A DNA stretch of 64,000 bases from an uncultured Candidatus Saccharibacteria bacterium (GCA_964490395.1 CAZBAS010000002.1:127291-191290), one strand, 5' to 3'. Positions 17,951 to 26,774 are shown, counted from the stretch's first letter. Notes: generated by a model not told the origin, from the letters alone. Translations and numbers: made by a program.

Positions 17951-18097
17951 GGCGGATCCGCCTTGGGCGAAAATCTTTAACCAGACCCACTCTGTCATTG
18001 CGAGGAGACCATGCTTTGATGGTCAACGTGGCAATCTACCGTTATAGACTACTATTTAGATTGCCACGTCGCTCGCAGACTCACTCCTCGCAATGAC
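17951..18097. repeat. Complex structured intergenic element built from nested inverted repeats: palindrome GGCGGATCCGCC, outer 14-bp IR, and inner hairpins.
   Basis: GGCGGATCCGCC at 17951-17962. Outer IR GTCATTGCGAGGAG (17994-18007) / CTCCTCGCAATGAC (18084-18097). Inner hairpins GACCAT-gctttg-ATGGTC (18007-18024) and ACGTGGCAATCTA (18026-18038) / TAGATTGCCACGT (18057-18069). Confidence 0.75.
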
Positions 18098-18117
18098 AAT
18101 GCAATTATTATCAACCC

Positions 18118-18798
18118 ATGAAAAAGCTGGCTACTGTATTACTCGTCATACTTATACTACTTGGCGCACTCACCAGTATTTTTGCATTGGGCGCAAGCGG
18201 TGACGAACACAACTGGTTCAATACAACGTGGAGACCTCGCTTTGCGCGCGTGGCGAGCCTACGGAGTCTATTCAATCTCCACGATGATGGCGATGCCAAA
18301 AGCGAATATCTGGGCAAGCAAAAACAATACATTGCCATTATAATAAAACCATATGTTGACCCGTGGTTTAGCGATGGTGTGTGGAAAGAGTTTAGCAAAA
18401 AAGTAACCGAAATTACGGGCAAACAAGTAGAGCTTCTCACAGATACAGATATACCCACGTCTAATGACGCACCTGTATACATATACCTTGAAAGCGTTAA
18501 CGAAGAAAATGCACTCACCCTAGGAAAAACATATAATGAGAATGGCATTATTTTGTACAAGCAGGGTTTGGAAAGCTTCAGTAACGGTACTCCGGAAACA
18601 AAAGAAGCCTACATTATGTCTACGCTCCTTCATGAGTTCGGCCATCAGCTAGGCCTAGTCCACAACGAAGAACCCGGCTGCCTCATGAACAGCCATGCCG
18701 AAACCGGCGGCAATGCCAAGCTCGTGACCAGCGAAGTGATAACAAACTTCTGCGCGGAGGAGATTGAACAAATTTCAAAAATCAAAAGTGAATTATGA
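18118..18798 (+). CDS. Secreted metzincin-type zinc metalloprotease.
   Basis: Signal peptide. HEFGHQLGLVH matches the HExxHxxGxxH zinc-binding consensus, with a downstream CLM Met-turn candidate. Confidence 0.6.
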   Translation: MKKLATVLLVILILLGALTSIFALGASGDEHNWFNTTWRPRFARVASLRSLFNLHDDGDAKSEYLGKQKQYIAIIIKPYVDPWFSDGVWKEFSKKVTEITGKQVELLTDTDIPTSNDAPVYIYLESVNEENALTLGKTYNENGIILYKQGLESFSNGTPETKEAYIMSTLLHEFGHQLGLVHNEEPGCLMNSHAETGGNAKLVTSEVITNFCAEEIEQISKIKSEL

Positions 18799-18880
18799 AG
18801 TAAGAATTATGAAGTATGTATTTAAGAACTCTTAAGGCATTTCTACTACGTAATTCATAATTCCTTATTCATAATTCCGC
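18788..18880. repeat. Word-palindrome, family 5 (GAATTATGAAG arms), overlapping the 3' end of the metzincin gene.
   Basis: GTGAATTATGAAGTAAGAATTATGAAGTATG ... CGTAATTCATAATTCCTTATTCATAATTCC. Confidence 0.7.
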
Positions 18881-18896
18881 GCTCTGCGCTCCCCTC

Positions 18897-19118
18897 ATGG
18901 CTTTTCACGAACACTACAAACGGTCTATCTTAAAAGCGATTACCTATCGCTTTATTATCTTGCTTTCGGATGGACTCATCATATTTCTTATTACCCACCG
19001 CTACGACACTACAGCCAAAGTGATAGTATTTTCCAACATAGCTAGCACTGCATTTTATTTTCTGCACGAGCGTTTTTGGAACAATGTACACTGGGGAAAG
19101 TCGCGTAAGAACGCGTAA
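18897..19118 (+). CDS. DUF2061 family small membrane protein.
   Basis: RSILKAITYRFI...FYFLHERFWNNV matches the DUF2061 signature (KTITWR...HER.WN). Confidence 0.5.
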   Translation: MAFHEHYKRSILKAITYRFIILLSDGLIIFLITHRYDTTAKVIVFSNIASTAFYFLHERFWNNVHWGKSRKNA

Positions 19119-19128
19119 TTCATTTAAA

Positions 19129-19233
19129 CATGTAAGCATGCAAACATTTAAACATTTAAACAGTTAAACAATAACACGGGCGTTGCCCGTGTTATTGTGT
19201 TTACCTTTGTTTATATGTTTGCATGCTTACATG
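19129..19233. terminator. Bidirectional terminator hairpin at 19170-19196 (AATAACACGGGC-GTT-GCCCGTGTTATT), enclosed by a perfect 18-bp inverted repeat.
   Basis: Enclosing IR is CATGTAAGCATGCAAACA (19129-19146) / TGTTTGCATGCTTACATG (19216-19233). Lies between convergent genes. Confidence 0.7.
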
Positions 19234-19248
19234 TTTATATGCGACCTA

Positions 19249-20991
19249 CTACTTTATTGGTCTATTCGGTGGTACATTGAAATATGAAAGCAAGAACTGT
19301 GCCATTTGGCCCCAGGCTGGAGCAGCGGTACTTTCGGCGAACTGTACTGTGCGCGGATGGTTTACGCGTACAAGCATAACGAATTTCGGATCTTCTACCG
19401 GAGCGTACCCTACAAACGTACCAATGTTATTGTTTGGGTCATATCCCCCACCTTCTTTCTTCGCCACTTGCGCAGTTCCCGTCTTACCAGCAACATAGTA
19501 CCCTTTAACTCCTGCCCGCTTACCATGACCTCGCTCAACTACACTCACGAGCATGGCTCCCAAGGTGCTTGCAGTTTTTTCCGAAATAACTGGGGCAGAT
19601 AACTTTGGTTCTGTAGCAATAGTTTTTCCATCAGGGGTAATTTGCGCAGCAACTACATACGGCGTAGGCAGACGTCCGCCGTTTGCCATGGCTGCATAGG
19701 CACGCACCATTTGCAGTGGTGTTACAGAAATCCCCTGACCAAAACTTGCCGTGTCAAAGTTTACTTCCACGTTACCCTTTAAGTTATTTATGTTTCCAGT
19801 GGATTCGGGAAGGTCTATACCTGTAGGCGCGCCAAATCCAAACTTGGTTACATAGTCTGAAAAAATAGTATTACCAATTTTATTCTTCACAAAAATAACA
19901 CCAGTATTCAGCGACTCCTCAAGCACCTGTGTCATGGTTTGTATGCCATGGCCTTTATTGTCCGAGTTTTTAATGGTGTAGCCATCCACCACCACCTGCC
20001 CAGTATCGTCATAGGTGGTGTCCGGCCCAACTGCACCTTTTTCTAGGCCAGCAGCCATGGTTACTGCTTTAAATACCGAGCCAGGCTCGTAGTTGCTACT
20101 AGTGCAAGAGTTAATAAAAGCTGCTTGGTCAGTAACCTTATTGTATTCATTTGGATCGTAGGTTGGATTGCTGGCCATGGCCAAAATAGCCCCAGTTTTT
20201 GGATCCATAACCGTTATGCAGCCCCCGTCTGCTAAATTGTCTGTGACTGCTTTTGTTAAAATTTGCTCTGCCTGCATTTGAATAGCACGGTCAACCGTAA
20301 GCATAAGGTTGTTGCCATTTTGAGCGGGGATAAAATCTCCTCCCGAGCCAAACAACCACCTGCCCGCCGCACTTTGGTTGCGAATACCTCCGGCAGTACC
20401 AGATAAAATAGCATCGTATTTTCGTTCCAAACCGTACACACCCACTTGGTCAGAGCCGCTGTCACTTCTATAGCCCAAAAAACCAACAATGTGACTCAAA
20501 AATTGCCGCTCTGGGTAAAAACGTACCCGTTCCGTATCAAAGTGCACCCCAGCCAAATGCAAAGCTTCTATGGCCTTTTTATCGCTATCTGTGAGCCTGT
20601 GCTTAAGTGGTACATAGACTTTATCTGTATTTGCCAGTCTGCTTGCCAGATCCGCTTCCGTAGACCCCACCAGAGGCGCGAGCGCCTTAGCAGTTACCGG
20701 TGCATTGGTAATTTCTTTTGGAACCGCATAGACCAACGTAGCTTCAATGTTTGTAGCCACTGGGTAACTTTCCGGACTTAACTGGTCAGAAATTTTTATG
20801 TCGCCACGTAAAGGGTTAAGCTTGGCAAAAAAAGCATGCTGATCCTGCGCAAGACCTTTATAGTAGTCACTCGACGCAACTTGCAGTGTGGTAAGCCGCA
20901 AAATTAGACACACAAACAATAAAGCAAAAAAACCGGCAAGAAACCGGATGCGGCCAGAGTTGGATTTAGGTTTTATCGGGGGCCGGGTCAT
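19249..20991 (-). CDS. ftsI: Penicillin-binding protein 2/3 family transpeptidase (FtsI).
   Basis: N-terminal TM, dimerisation domain, and transpeptidase motifs SVFK (SxxK), SDN and KTGT. Position in the dcw cluster. Confidence 0.85.
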   Translation of the reverse strand: MTRPPIKPKSNSGRIRFLAGFFALLFVCLILRLTTLQVASSDYYKGLAQDQHAFFAKLNPLRGDIKISDQLSPESYPVATNIEATLVYAVPKEITNAPVTAKALAPLVGSTEADLASRLANTDKVYVPLKHRLTDSDKKAIEALHLAGVHFDTERVRFYPERQFLSHIVGFLGYRSDSGSDQVGVYGLERKYDAILSGTAGGIRNQSAAGRWLFGSGGDFIPAQNGNNLMLTVDRAIQMQAEQILTKAVTDNLADGGCITVMDPKTGAILAMASNPTYDPNEYNKVTDQAAFINSCTSSNYEPGSVFKAVTMAAGLEKGAVGPDTTYDDTGQVVVDGYTIKNSDNKGHGIQTMTQVLEESLNTGVIFVKNKIGNTIFSDYVTKFGFGAPTGIDLPESTGNINNLKGNVEVNFDTASFGQGISVTPLQMVRAYAAMANGGRLPTPYVVAAQITPDGKTIATEPKLSAPVISEKTASTLGAMLVSVVERGHGKRAGVKGYYVAGKTGTAQVAKKEGGGYDPNNNIGTFVGYAPVEDPKFVMLVRVNHPRTVQFAESTAAPAWGQMAQFLLSYFNVPPNRPIK

Positions 20992-21012
20992 AGAATAGTA
21001 TCAAAAATATAA

Positions 21013-21098
21013 TTGACCAAGATTGAGCAAGAATGAACAAGATTACCTACACAATCTTGGTCAATTTTGTACAATCATGGTCAATCTTGGTCAATTCA
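21013..21098. repeat. Array of a 13-bp motif TTGACCAAGATTG in direct and inverted orientation, between ftsL and ftsI.
   Basis: Forward copy at 21013-21025. Reverse-orientation copies CAATCTTGGTCAA at 21052-21064, CAATCATGGTCAA at 21074-21086, and CAATCTTGGTCAATT at 21085-21098, plus degenerate copies. Confidence 0.7.
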
Positions 21099-21099
21099 C

Positions 21100-21543
21100 T
21101 TATCTCATTGTAAGTGTGGAAGTGTTGTGCGCAGTGATGAATTCCGGAGTACCAACCGACACAAACTCTCCCGTACCAACCGCCACCTCGCGCATGCGAA
21201 TACCTGAAGATGCGTCTGCAATTTTTACCTGCCACTGCCTTTGTTGGTCTCTGAGCACCTCAAGCTCTTTTTGTGCCTGAGTTGCCTTGTATGTGTACGC
21301 CTGCTGCTGGTTCACACTGATTAAATAAAACAAGAACATACCAATGTTTAATGCCAACAGCAATGCTGGTACGAAAGTAAAATAGTTATTTTTTCGTGCT
21401 ACTCCTGCTTTTGCCACTGGTACTTTTGTGACAACCGCAGAACGAATGGGTTTTTTATGGGCACCTTGTTCAAGCTCTTTATGTATGGTAAAGCTCGGAA
21501 GAGAAAGGCCTATGGTGGTTGATGCTACGTGAGGTACTGACAT
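21100..21543 (-). CDS. ftsL: FtsL-like cell-division protein (single TM plus periplasmic coiled coil).
   Basis: Sits between rsmH and ftsI. Has a TM helix (FVPALLLALNIGMFLFYLI) followed by a coiled coil. Start taken at MSVPHV; the longer track ORF extends into the family-1 repeat. Confidence 0.5.
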   Translation of the reverse strand: MSVPHVASTTIGLSLPSFTIHKELEQGAHKKPIRSAVVTKVPVAKAGVARKNNYFTFVPALLLALNIGMFLFYLISVNQQQAYTYKATQAQKELEVLRDQQRQWQVKIADASSGIRMREVAVGTGEFVSVGTPEFITAHNTSTLTMR

Positions 21544-21570
21544 GTTTGTTTTTTGTTTACGGATATAGCC

Positions 21571-21668
21571 GACCCTCATCTACAAATGAAACACGAATGT
21601 CACGAATAATTAGGCGGATATTTTAATCATTGGGGTCATTCGCGTGCATTCGTATATTTAGAGTCGCA
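21571..21668. repeat. Intergenic element, family 1, copy 1 (ACACGAATGTCACGAATAATTAGG ... ATTCGTATATTTAGAGTCGC).
   Basis: About 80% identical to the copies at 24985 and 26775. Internal inverted CGAATAATT/AATTATTCG-type arms. Confidence 0.75.
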
Positions 21669-22610
21669 TTATAATTTTTTAATTGCTCTGAGTTTTGCTG
21701 ACTTTGCCCGGGAATTCCGGGAGACTTCCGAGTCGCTTGCCACAATAGGTTTTTTTGTCAGGATTTCAGCAGTAGCATTCTGCTCGCAGCGGCAGATGGG
21801 AAAGTCCTTGGGACAGATACAACCCTGAGCGGTCTTTGCAAAAAACTGTTTTACTATTCGGTCTTCCAAAGAATGGAAGGACACAACAGCAAGCACGCCA
21901 CCAGGAGCCAGAATATGTAGAGCATCTGGCAAAAACCGTTCAAGGTTTTCTAACTCTCCGTTCACTGCTATACGCAACGATTGAAAAATGCGCCGTACTG
22001 AATCCAGGGCCTTATGCTTCAAGCGACCCGGAATGCTGGCCGTAATAACATCTACTAACTCAAAGGTCGTAGTAAGTTGACCTGAGGTTCGATTACGGAC
22101 AATATCCCGAGCGATTTTGGCAGCAAATTTTTCTTCGCCGTATGTATTGAACATGTACGCGAGTTCTTGCTCGGTAGAATTGGCAAGTAGAGAAGCTGCA
22201 GTCTGGCCCTTGCCCGATGCGTTAAATCGCATATCCAAAGGCTCGTCCTTTTGGAATGAAATTCCCCTACCAGCCTGGTCTAGTTCATAGCTGGAGAGGC
22301 CAATATCCGCAACAATAATCTGAGGACTCGTAAAGCCATGCTGCTTTGCAAGGGTAGCAACGTCGGCAAAATTCCCATGAGCAAGAGTAACTCGATCTTG
22401 AAAATTGGAAATTGAAAATTGAAAATTCTGTATAGCGTCAATATCAAGATCTATGGCTAACACTTTCCCGCTCGGAGCTGTTCGCTCTAAGAGGGCCCTT
22501 GTGTAGCCGCCGCCGCCAAGCGTTGCGTCTATGCACACATCACCAGGCTTTGGGCTGGTTAACTGCAATACTTCTTGTAAAAGAACAGGAATGTGAGTGT
22601 AAGAAAGCAT
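21669..22610 (-). CDS. rsmH: 16S rRNA (cytosine1402-N4)-methyltransferase RsmH (MraW).
   Basis: Sits in the dcw cluster after mraZ, with SAM-binding DATLGGGGY and the other canonical motifs. Confidence 0.9.
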   Translation of the reverse strand: MLSYTHIPVLLQEVLQLTSPKPGDVCIDATLGGGGYTRALLERTAPSGKVLAIDLDIDAIQNFQFSISNFQDRVTLAHGNFADVATLAKQHGFTSPQIIVADIGLSSYELDQAGRGISFQKDEPLDMRFNASGKGQTAASLLANSTEQELAYMFNTYGEEKFAAKIARDIVRNRTSGQLTTTFELVDVITASIPGRLKHKALDSVRRIFQSLRIAVNGELENLERFLPDALHILAPGGVLAVVSFHSLEDRIVKQFFAKTAQGCICPKDFPICRCEQNATAEILTKKPIVASDSEVSRNSRAKSAKLRAIKKL

Positions 22611-22746
22611 AAATCCGAAATCCTAATTTCGAAACCCGAAACAAATTCTAAATTCCAAATGATAAAGGTTCAGTCAGTTTTTGAATTTCAGTGTTGAAAT
22701 TTTGATATTGTTTCGAATTTCGAGTTTCGATATTCGAATTTTTCTT
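22611..22746. repeat. Word-palindrome (CGAAAT / ATTTCG arms) between mraZ and rsmH.
   Basis: CCGAAATCCTAATTTCGAAACCCGAAAC ... GTTTCGAATTTCGAGTTTCGATATTCGAATTT. Confidence 0.7.
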
Positions 22747-23178
22747 TTACACTCCTAGAGAACCAAGCTGTTCGGCGATTGCCGTACTTTCCTTTTCTGT
22801 TTCTGACTTATAGGTTTTCCAGCGCTCTTCGCTCCATATTTCTATGCGGTTGTATAAACCGGCAAATACGACGCGTTTAGCAACACCAGCAAATTCTTTT
22901 AGATATCCAGGAAGAATAATTCTTCCTTGTTTATCTATATCGCATTCCATAGCCCCAGCCAGCATAAGTCTTGAGAAAGCGCGGGTGTTTGCAGTAGAAA
23001 TAGGGAGACTAGCCAACTTCTCTGCCATCACTTTCCACTCAGCTTGAGGATATAAAAAGAGCGACTGGTCCAGACCGCGGGTAACCACGACCCTACCTTT
23101 AAGAGTAGTACGGAATTTAGTGGGTACTGCAACCCGCCCTTTATCGTCGATGGAAGCTTCGTATTCACCGATGAACAT
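22747..23178 (-). CDS. mraZ: Transcriptional regulator MraZ.
   Basis: 143 aa. Conserved N-terminus (GEYEASIDDKGRV.VP..FR) and duplicated MraZ domain. Confidence 0.85.
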   Translation of the reverse strand: MFIGEYEASIDDKGRVAVPTKFRTTLKGRVVVTRGLDQSLFLYPQAEWKVMAEKLASLPISTANTRAFSRLMLAGAMECDIDKQGRIILPGYLKEFAGVAKRVVFAGLYNRIEIWSEERWKTYKSETEKESTAIAEQLGSLGV

Positions 23179-23282
23179 AGACAGGAATGTAGAATTAAGA
23201 ATTTTGAATGTAGAATAAATGCATTTTAATTCAGCATTCGCTACTCTACACTCTACGTTTGTGGGGTCTTGTTAAGTTATGC

Positions 23283-23328
23283 ACTTATCCACCCACTTAT
23301 CCCCACTTTTCACCACTCACTACCACTA
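23283..23328 (-). promoter_or_regulatory. MraZ operator-type array: five GTGGN pentamers at 10-bp periodicity upstream of mraZ.
   Basis: On the minus strand: GTGGT-agtga-GTGGT-gaaaa-GTGGG-gataa-GTGGG-tggataa-GTG. MraZ proteins are known to bind direct GTGGG-type repeats at 10-nt spacing in their own promoters. Confidence 0.5.
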
Positions 23329-23383
23329 CTAAACCAGTATACCCCACTTCTCTCCGTAGGGTCAAAGGTCGCGCAAAATAAAA

Positions 23384-23405
23384 TTACCGCTTTTGCAAGC
23401 GGTAA
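23384..23405 (-). terminator. Rho-independent terminator (TTACCGCTT-TTG-CAAGCGGTAA + T-tract on the minus strand) downstream of the TrmH-family gene.
   Basis: Perfect 9-bp stem. On the minus strand it is followed by TTTTATTTT. Confidence 0.6.
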
Positions 23406-23476
23406 TTAAATATTTTTTGAGATTAAATTATAATGATCCACAACCCTTGTTAAGTTATGGTATTTTTATCAAAAAT

Positions 23477-23959
23477 TCATTTTTTGTGGATAGCAGTGCC
23501 GAAGTGGTACGCTGCAATGCCAAATGCTACGGAAACGTTCAAAGATTCCTTTGTGCCAAATTGAGGAATTTCTACAAATGCATTACACAATGTTCTCACA
23601 TTTTTTGGAAGACCCTTTACTTCTTCTCCAAGGACGAGCAATACGGGTCCACGAGGAACATAGTTTTGTATAAGTACCGTGCTCGGAAGGTTGTTTTCTA
23701 GTCCAATTACGGAAAGACCAGGGTGTTGCAATACAAGTTTCTTAATAAGCCGTACAGGCGACTTATGGTACTCCCACGGTACTGTAAGCTCGGCCCCGAG
23801 CGCTACTTTCCCCAGGCGTGGATCAGGCGGGTGGCCAGTATAGCCGCTCAGGTAGAGTTTAGACACCGCAAACACGTCACTCGTCCGAAAAATGGAACCA
23901 ACGTTATGCAAGGAACGAATGTTGTGGGCGAGAACGAAGAAGCTAGAATTATGAATCAT
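23477..23959 (-). CDS. SpoU/TrmH family RNA 2'-O-methyltransferase.
   Basis: ~160 aa SPOUT-fold protein. Family-typical motifs (NVGSIFRT, LVLGEE..GL, C-terminal knot region). Confidence 0.6.
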   Translation of the reverse strand: MIHNSSFFVLAHNIRSLHNVGSIFRTSDVFAVSKLYLSGYTGHPPDPRLGKVALGAELTVPWEYHKSPVRLIKKLVLQHPGLSVIGLENNLPSTVLIQNYVPRGPVLLVLGEEVKGLPKNVRTLCNAFVEIPQFGTKESLNVSVAFGIAAYHFGTAIHKK

Positions 23960-24030
23960 GGATCGAAGACGAGAATGACGAATTATGAATTAAGAATTAA
24001 GAATTAAGAAGCAGAAAGCATAACAAGAAT

Positions 24031-24077
24031 GGCAGAAGGGCATCTTCTGCAGCTGCTGCAGAAGATGCCCTTCTGCC
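24031..24077. repeat. Perfect 47-bp GC-containing palindrome GGCAGAAGGGCATCTTCTGCAGC-T-GCTGCAGAAGATGCCCTTCTGCC.
   Basis: 23-bp arms with no mismatches, between the TrmH start and the stop of the 166-aa gene. Preceded by direct GAATTA(TG/AG)AAT repeats (23947-24010). Confidence 0.85.
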
Positions 24078-24086
24078 CGCGAAACA

Positions 24087-24587
24087 CTAAAACTGCTCGG
24101 GATGTATATTTCTGAGCACGTTTTCCGATAGGCAGCGCTGAAGAACAGATAGACCCTGGTCCTCTGCCGTATCTATCTGCTCAAATGTGGCCTTATCCAC
24201 CAAATACACTTGTACACCATGCTCAAGCATGCAAAGAAGCCCAGAAGCATAGCGCGTTTCCGATACAACAGGCACGGAGTGTGCGCAGGTCCATTCTAGC
24301 TCGCCCAGTCCTTTGTCTAAATCGAAGGTAAAACCATCTGCGGCAATAGTATATATGGACCCGCCCAGGTCACGCATATCAAAATCGGCTTTTATGGCAA
24401 CAAAATAAGGCACTCCGTTAAATCTCCCGGAGTGCTGGCGAATGGGCACTAAAAACATACTCGCAATGGCCCTATTTGGCGTTGCGAACACCACGGGACC
24501 CTCACTCACATCCCGAACCGATATAGCGCGAGGAGTAAGCTCTTCTAAGCCAGATTTGCTTGAGCCATGATAGAGCTCTGCGGCCAT
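24087..24587 (-). CDS. Hypothetical protein (166 aa), likely co-transcribed with the adjacent response-regulator gene (4-bp gap).
   Basis: ORF with no recognisable motif. Confidence 0.5.
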   Translation of the reverse strand: MAAELYHGSSKSGLEELTPRAISVRDVSEGPVVFATPNRAIASMFLVPIRQHSGRFNGVPYFVAIKADFDMRDLGGSIYTIAADGFTFDLDKGLGELEWTCAHSVPVVSETRYASGLLCMLEHGVQVYLVDKATFEQIDTAEDQGLSVLQRCLSENVLRNIHPEQF

Positions 24588-24591
24588 AGAA

Positions 24592-24978
24592 TTACTGCTT
24601 GGCAGCCTGGCTGCGAGCGAGCACCTGCTGTACTTTTTCTATAATTTTATCTATGGACTGATCGCTCTTCAGTAAGTAATCTGTGCCACCTGCTTCCATA
24701 ATCTTGCTTATAGTGTCCATATCGGCCATGTTAGTAAGCACGACTACTGGCATATCTGCTGTTTCAGCGTTTGCTTTTATCTCCCAGAGCACGCCAATCC
24801 CATCAAGCTTTGGCATCATCACATCGAGGAGGGCTGTGTCGGGCTTTATTTCTTTTATCTTTGCCACTGCCTCTTCCCCGTCGTAGGCAGGGTGCACTTC
24901 AAAACCCGCATCGGTAAATGCGGTTACTAGTGAACCCGAGAGCAATTTATCGTCTTCTGCAATAACAATTTTATTCAT
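24592..24978 (-). CDS. Stand-alone response-regulator receiver (CheY-like) protein.
   Basis: Receiver-domain residues (DD..., LLDVMMPKLDG, T..K). Confidence 0.8.
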   Translation of the reverse strand: MNKIVIAEDDKLLSGSLVTAFTDAGFEVHPAYDGEEAVAKIKEIKPDTALLDVMMPKLDGIGVLWEIKANAETADMPVVVLTNMADMDTISKIMEAGGTDYLLKSDQSIDKIIEKVQQVLARSQAAKQ

Positions 24979-24984
24979 ACAGTA

Positions 24985-25092
24985 AGGGCGACACGAATTT
25001 ACAAATCTTCCACACGAATGTCACGAATAATTAGGAGTAGGTCTTAGTTATTCGTATCATTCGGGTGGAATTCGTATATTAGGGTCGCATTA
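24985..25092. repeat. Intergenic element, family 1, copy 2 (GGCGACACGAAT...ATTCGTATATTAGGGTCGC), between the HK and RR genes.
   Basis: Terminal GCGAC/GTCGC inverted ends. Shares ACACGAATGTCACGAATAATTAGG with copy 1. Confidence 0.75.
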
Positions 25093-25097
25093 TTAAT

Positions 25098-26762
25098 TTA
25101 TAAAGGTAAACTAAACGAGAATGTGGTTCCCATATTTTCTCCAGCGCTTTCAGCCCATATTTGCCCACCATGAGCCTCAACAATACCCTTAGTAACCACA
25201 AGCCCAAGACCGGTGCCCTTGCGAGCGTTGTCCACATTCTTAAGCTGGCGGAACTTGGAAAACAGCATAGGCAAGTCTTCCCGAGCAATGCCCACCCCTG
25301 CGTCTTTTACTGAAATAATAGCGATTTTCTTTTGCTGGTCCTGGCTAAATGTAGCCATGACCTCGCCGCCATCACTATATTTGATAGCATTCGACAACAG
25401 GTTCTCAAACGCTTGAGAGATACGAATTTTATCACATTTTAGCACGAATTTTTCAGGAGCGGTAATTTTAAGCTCTATATGCTTAGTTTCGGCAAGCGCC
25501 TTAAATGTTTGTATTTGTTCTTTTAGAATGGCGACTATGTCGTATTCCTGTATGTTTAGGTCAAACTTCCCTGCTTCTATCTTGGCTACATCCAGCAAGT
25601 CGTTCACCAGTTCAAGCATATTGCGTGATGCAGCACCTATGGTAGTTGCGGTTTCTTTTACCTTAGCAGCATCTATTTGGCTTCCGGGTATGGCAGCCTT
25701 GTCTAAGGATTCACTAGACCAGCGCACTGCAGTAAGCGGAGCCCGCAGCTCGTGCACCATCATGGCAGTAAAGTCTTGGCGCACTTTTTCTAAGTCCTTT
25801 TCTGTAGTTATGTCGTGAAATACCACAGCAGCACCTAGCTGTTCACCTTGCTGGCTGCGCACCGGAGTAATGGTCATTTCTACTACATGGTTTTTAAGCT
25901 GCACATTATTTACCACTACAGGCTCGTGAGTGCCTATGGCCTGCTCAATCTTCGTTCGAATATCTACCTTACCAGCCAAAGCATCTACTACGTCGTACAT
26001 GGTTGCTTCGGTCCCGCTTTGTATTTCCAACAGCTTTTTTACCGCAGGGTTAGACACCAGCACTTGGTTATGCATGTCTGCCATAACCACTCCATCGGTC
26101 ATGGAGTTTATAACGGAAACAAGCTTCCCCTTTTCGCTTTCCAGTATAAGCTGGAGCTTGGACACAGCCGTTGCTGCTTGGTTAGTAATGGAATAGAGAA
26201 TGGATGCCTGCGCATCACCATACTGGCCTGACTCATGCGAGGCTACGTTGATAAGCCCCACCAGTTTGTCACCAATCACAACCGGCAAGTTAAAGTATGA
26301 CTTTAAGGATATTTTTAAATTGTCATCGAGAATATTACCAGTAATGCTCTCGTCGAGCTGCCTTGTTTTGAGGTCTTTGTCTAAGATGGCGCTTATGGCC
26401 AAGAGCATCTTATCTTTTACCTCTGTTAAAAAGTTGTGCGTTACGCTGTTGTTTACATCGCACTTAAAAATGAGCTTATCGCCATTTTCCTGCAAGACCA
26501 TGTACGACACAGTATCGTACTCCAGCAAGTTACCCAGACTGCTCGTAATAATTTCAACAATTTTGTTCGTATCTAAACTATAGCCAATGCGCTCGCCTAT
26601 TTCTTTTAAAACCTGAATTTGATAAATGCGCTGTTGTAATTCGTGTGCCTGTCCCACCTGTCCCTGCAGTAAGTTTCGCTCCCGGAAGGAATAATGAATA
26701 TAGACCGCAATCATTACGGCCAACAGCACAAGGTCTACAATTAAAATTATATACAGCAGCAT
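25098..26762 (-). CDS. Sensor histidine kinase with N-terminal TM plus GAF and PAS-like domains.
   Basis: H-box HELRAPLTAV, and N/G1/G2 boxes (NAIKYS, DAGVGI, GTGLGLVVTKGIVEAHGG). Confidence 0.85.
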   Translation of the reverse strand: MLLYIILIVDLVLLAVMIAVYIHYSFRERNLLQGQVGQAHELQQRIYQIQVLKEIGERIGYSLDTNKIVEIITSSLGNLLEYDTVSYMVLQENGDKLIFKCDVNNSVTHNFLTEVKDKMLLAISAILDKDLKTRQLDESITGNILDDNLKISLKSYFNLPVVIGDKLVGLINVASHESGQYGDAQASILYSITNQAATAVSKLQLILESEKGKLVSVINSMTDGVVMADMHNQVLVSNPAVKKLLEIQSGTEATMYDVVDALAGKVDIRTKIEQAIGTHEPVVVNNVQLKNHVVEMTITPVRSQQGEQLGAAVVFHDITTEKDLEKVRQDFTAMMVHELRAPLTAVRWSSESLDKAAIPGSQIDAAKVKETATTIGAASRNMLELVNDLLDVAKIEAGKFDLNIQEYDIVAILKEQIQTFKALAETKHIELKITAPEKFVLKCDKIRISQAFENLLSNAIKYSDGGEVMATFSQDQQKKIAIISVKDAGVGIAREDLPMLFSKFRQLKNVDNARKGTGLGLVVTKGIVEAHGGQIWAESAGENMGTTFSFSLPL

Positions 26763-26774
26763 TGTTTATTTTGA

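Noticed and set aside
21544-21579. Longer ftsL start (MRVGYIRKQKTN-) in the ORF track.
   Set aside because: The extra 12 codons lie inside the family-1 repeat element. The downstream ATG at 21543 is the more plausible start.
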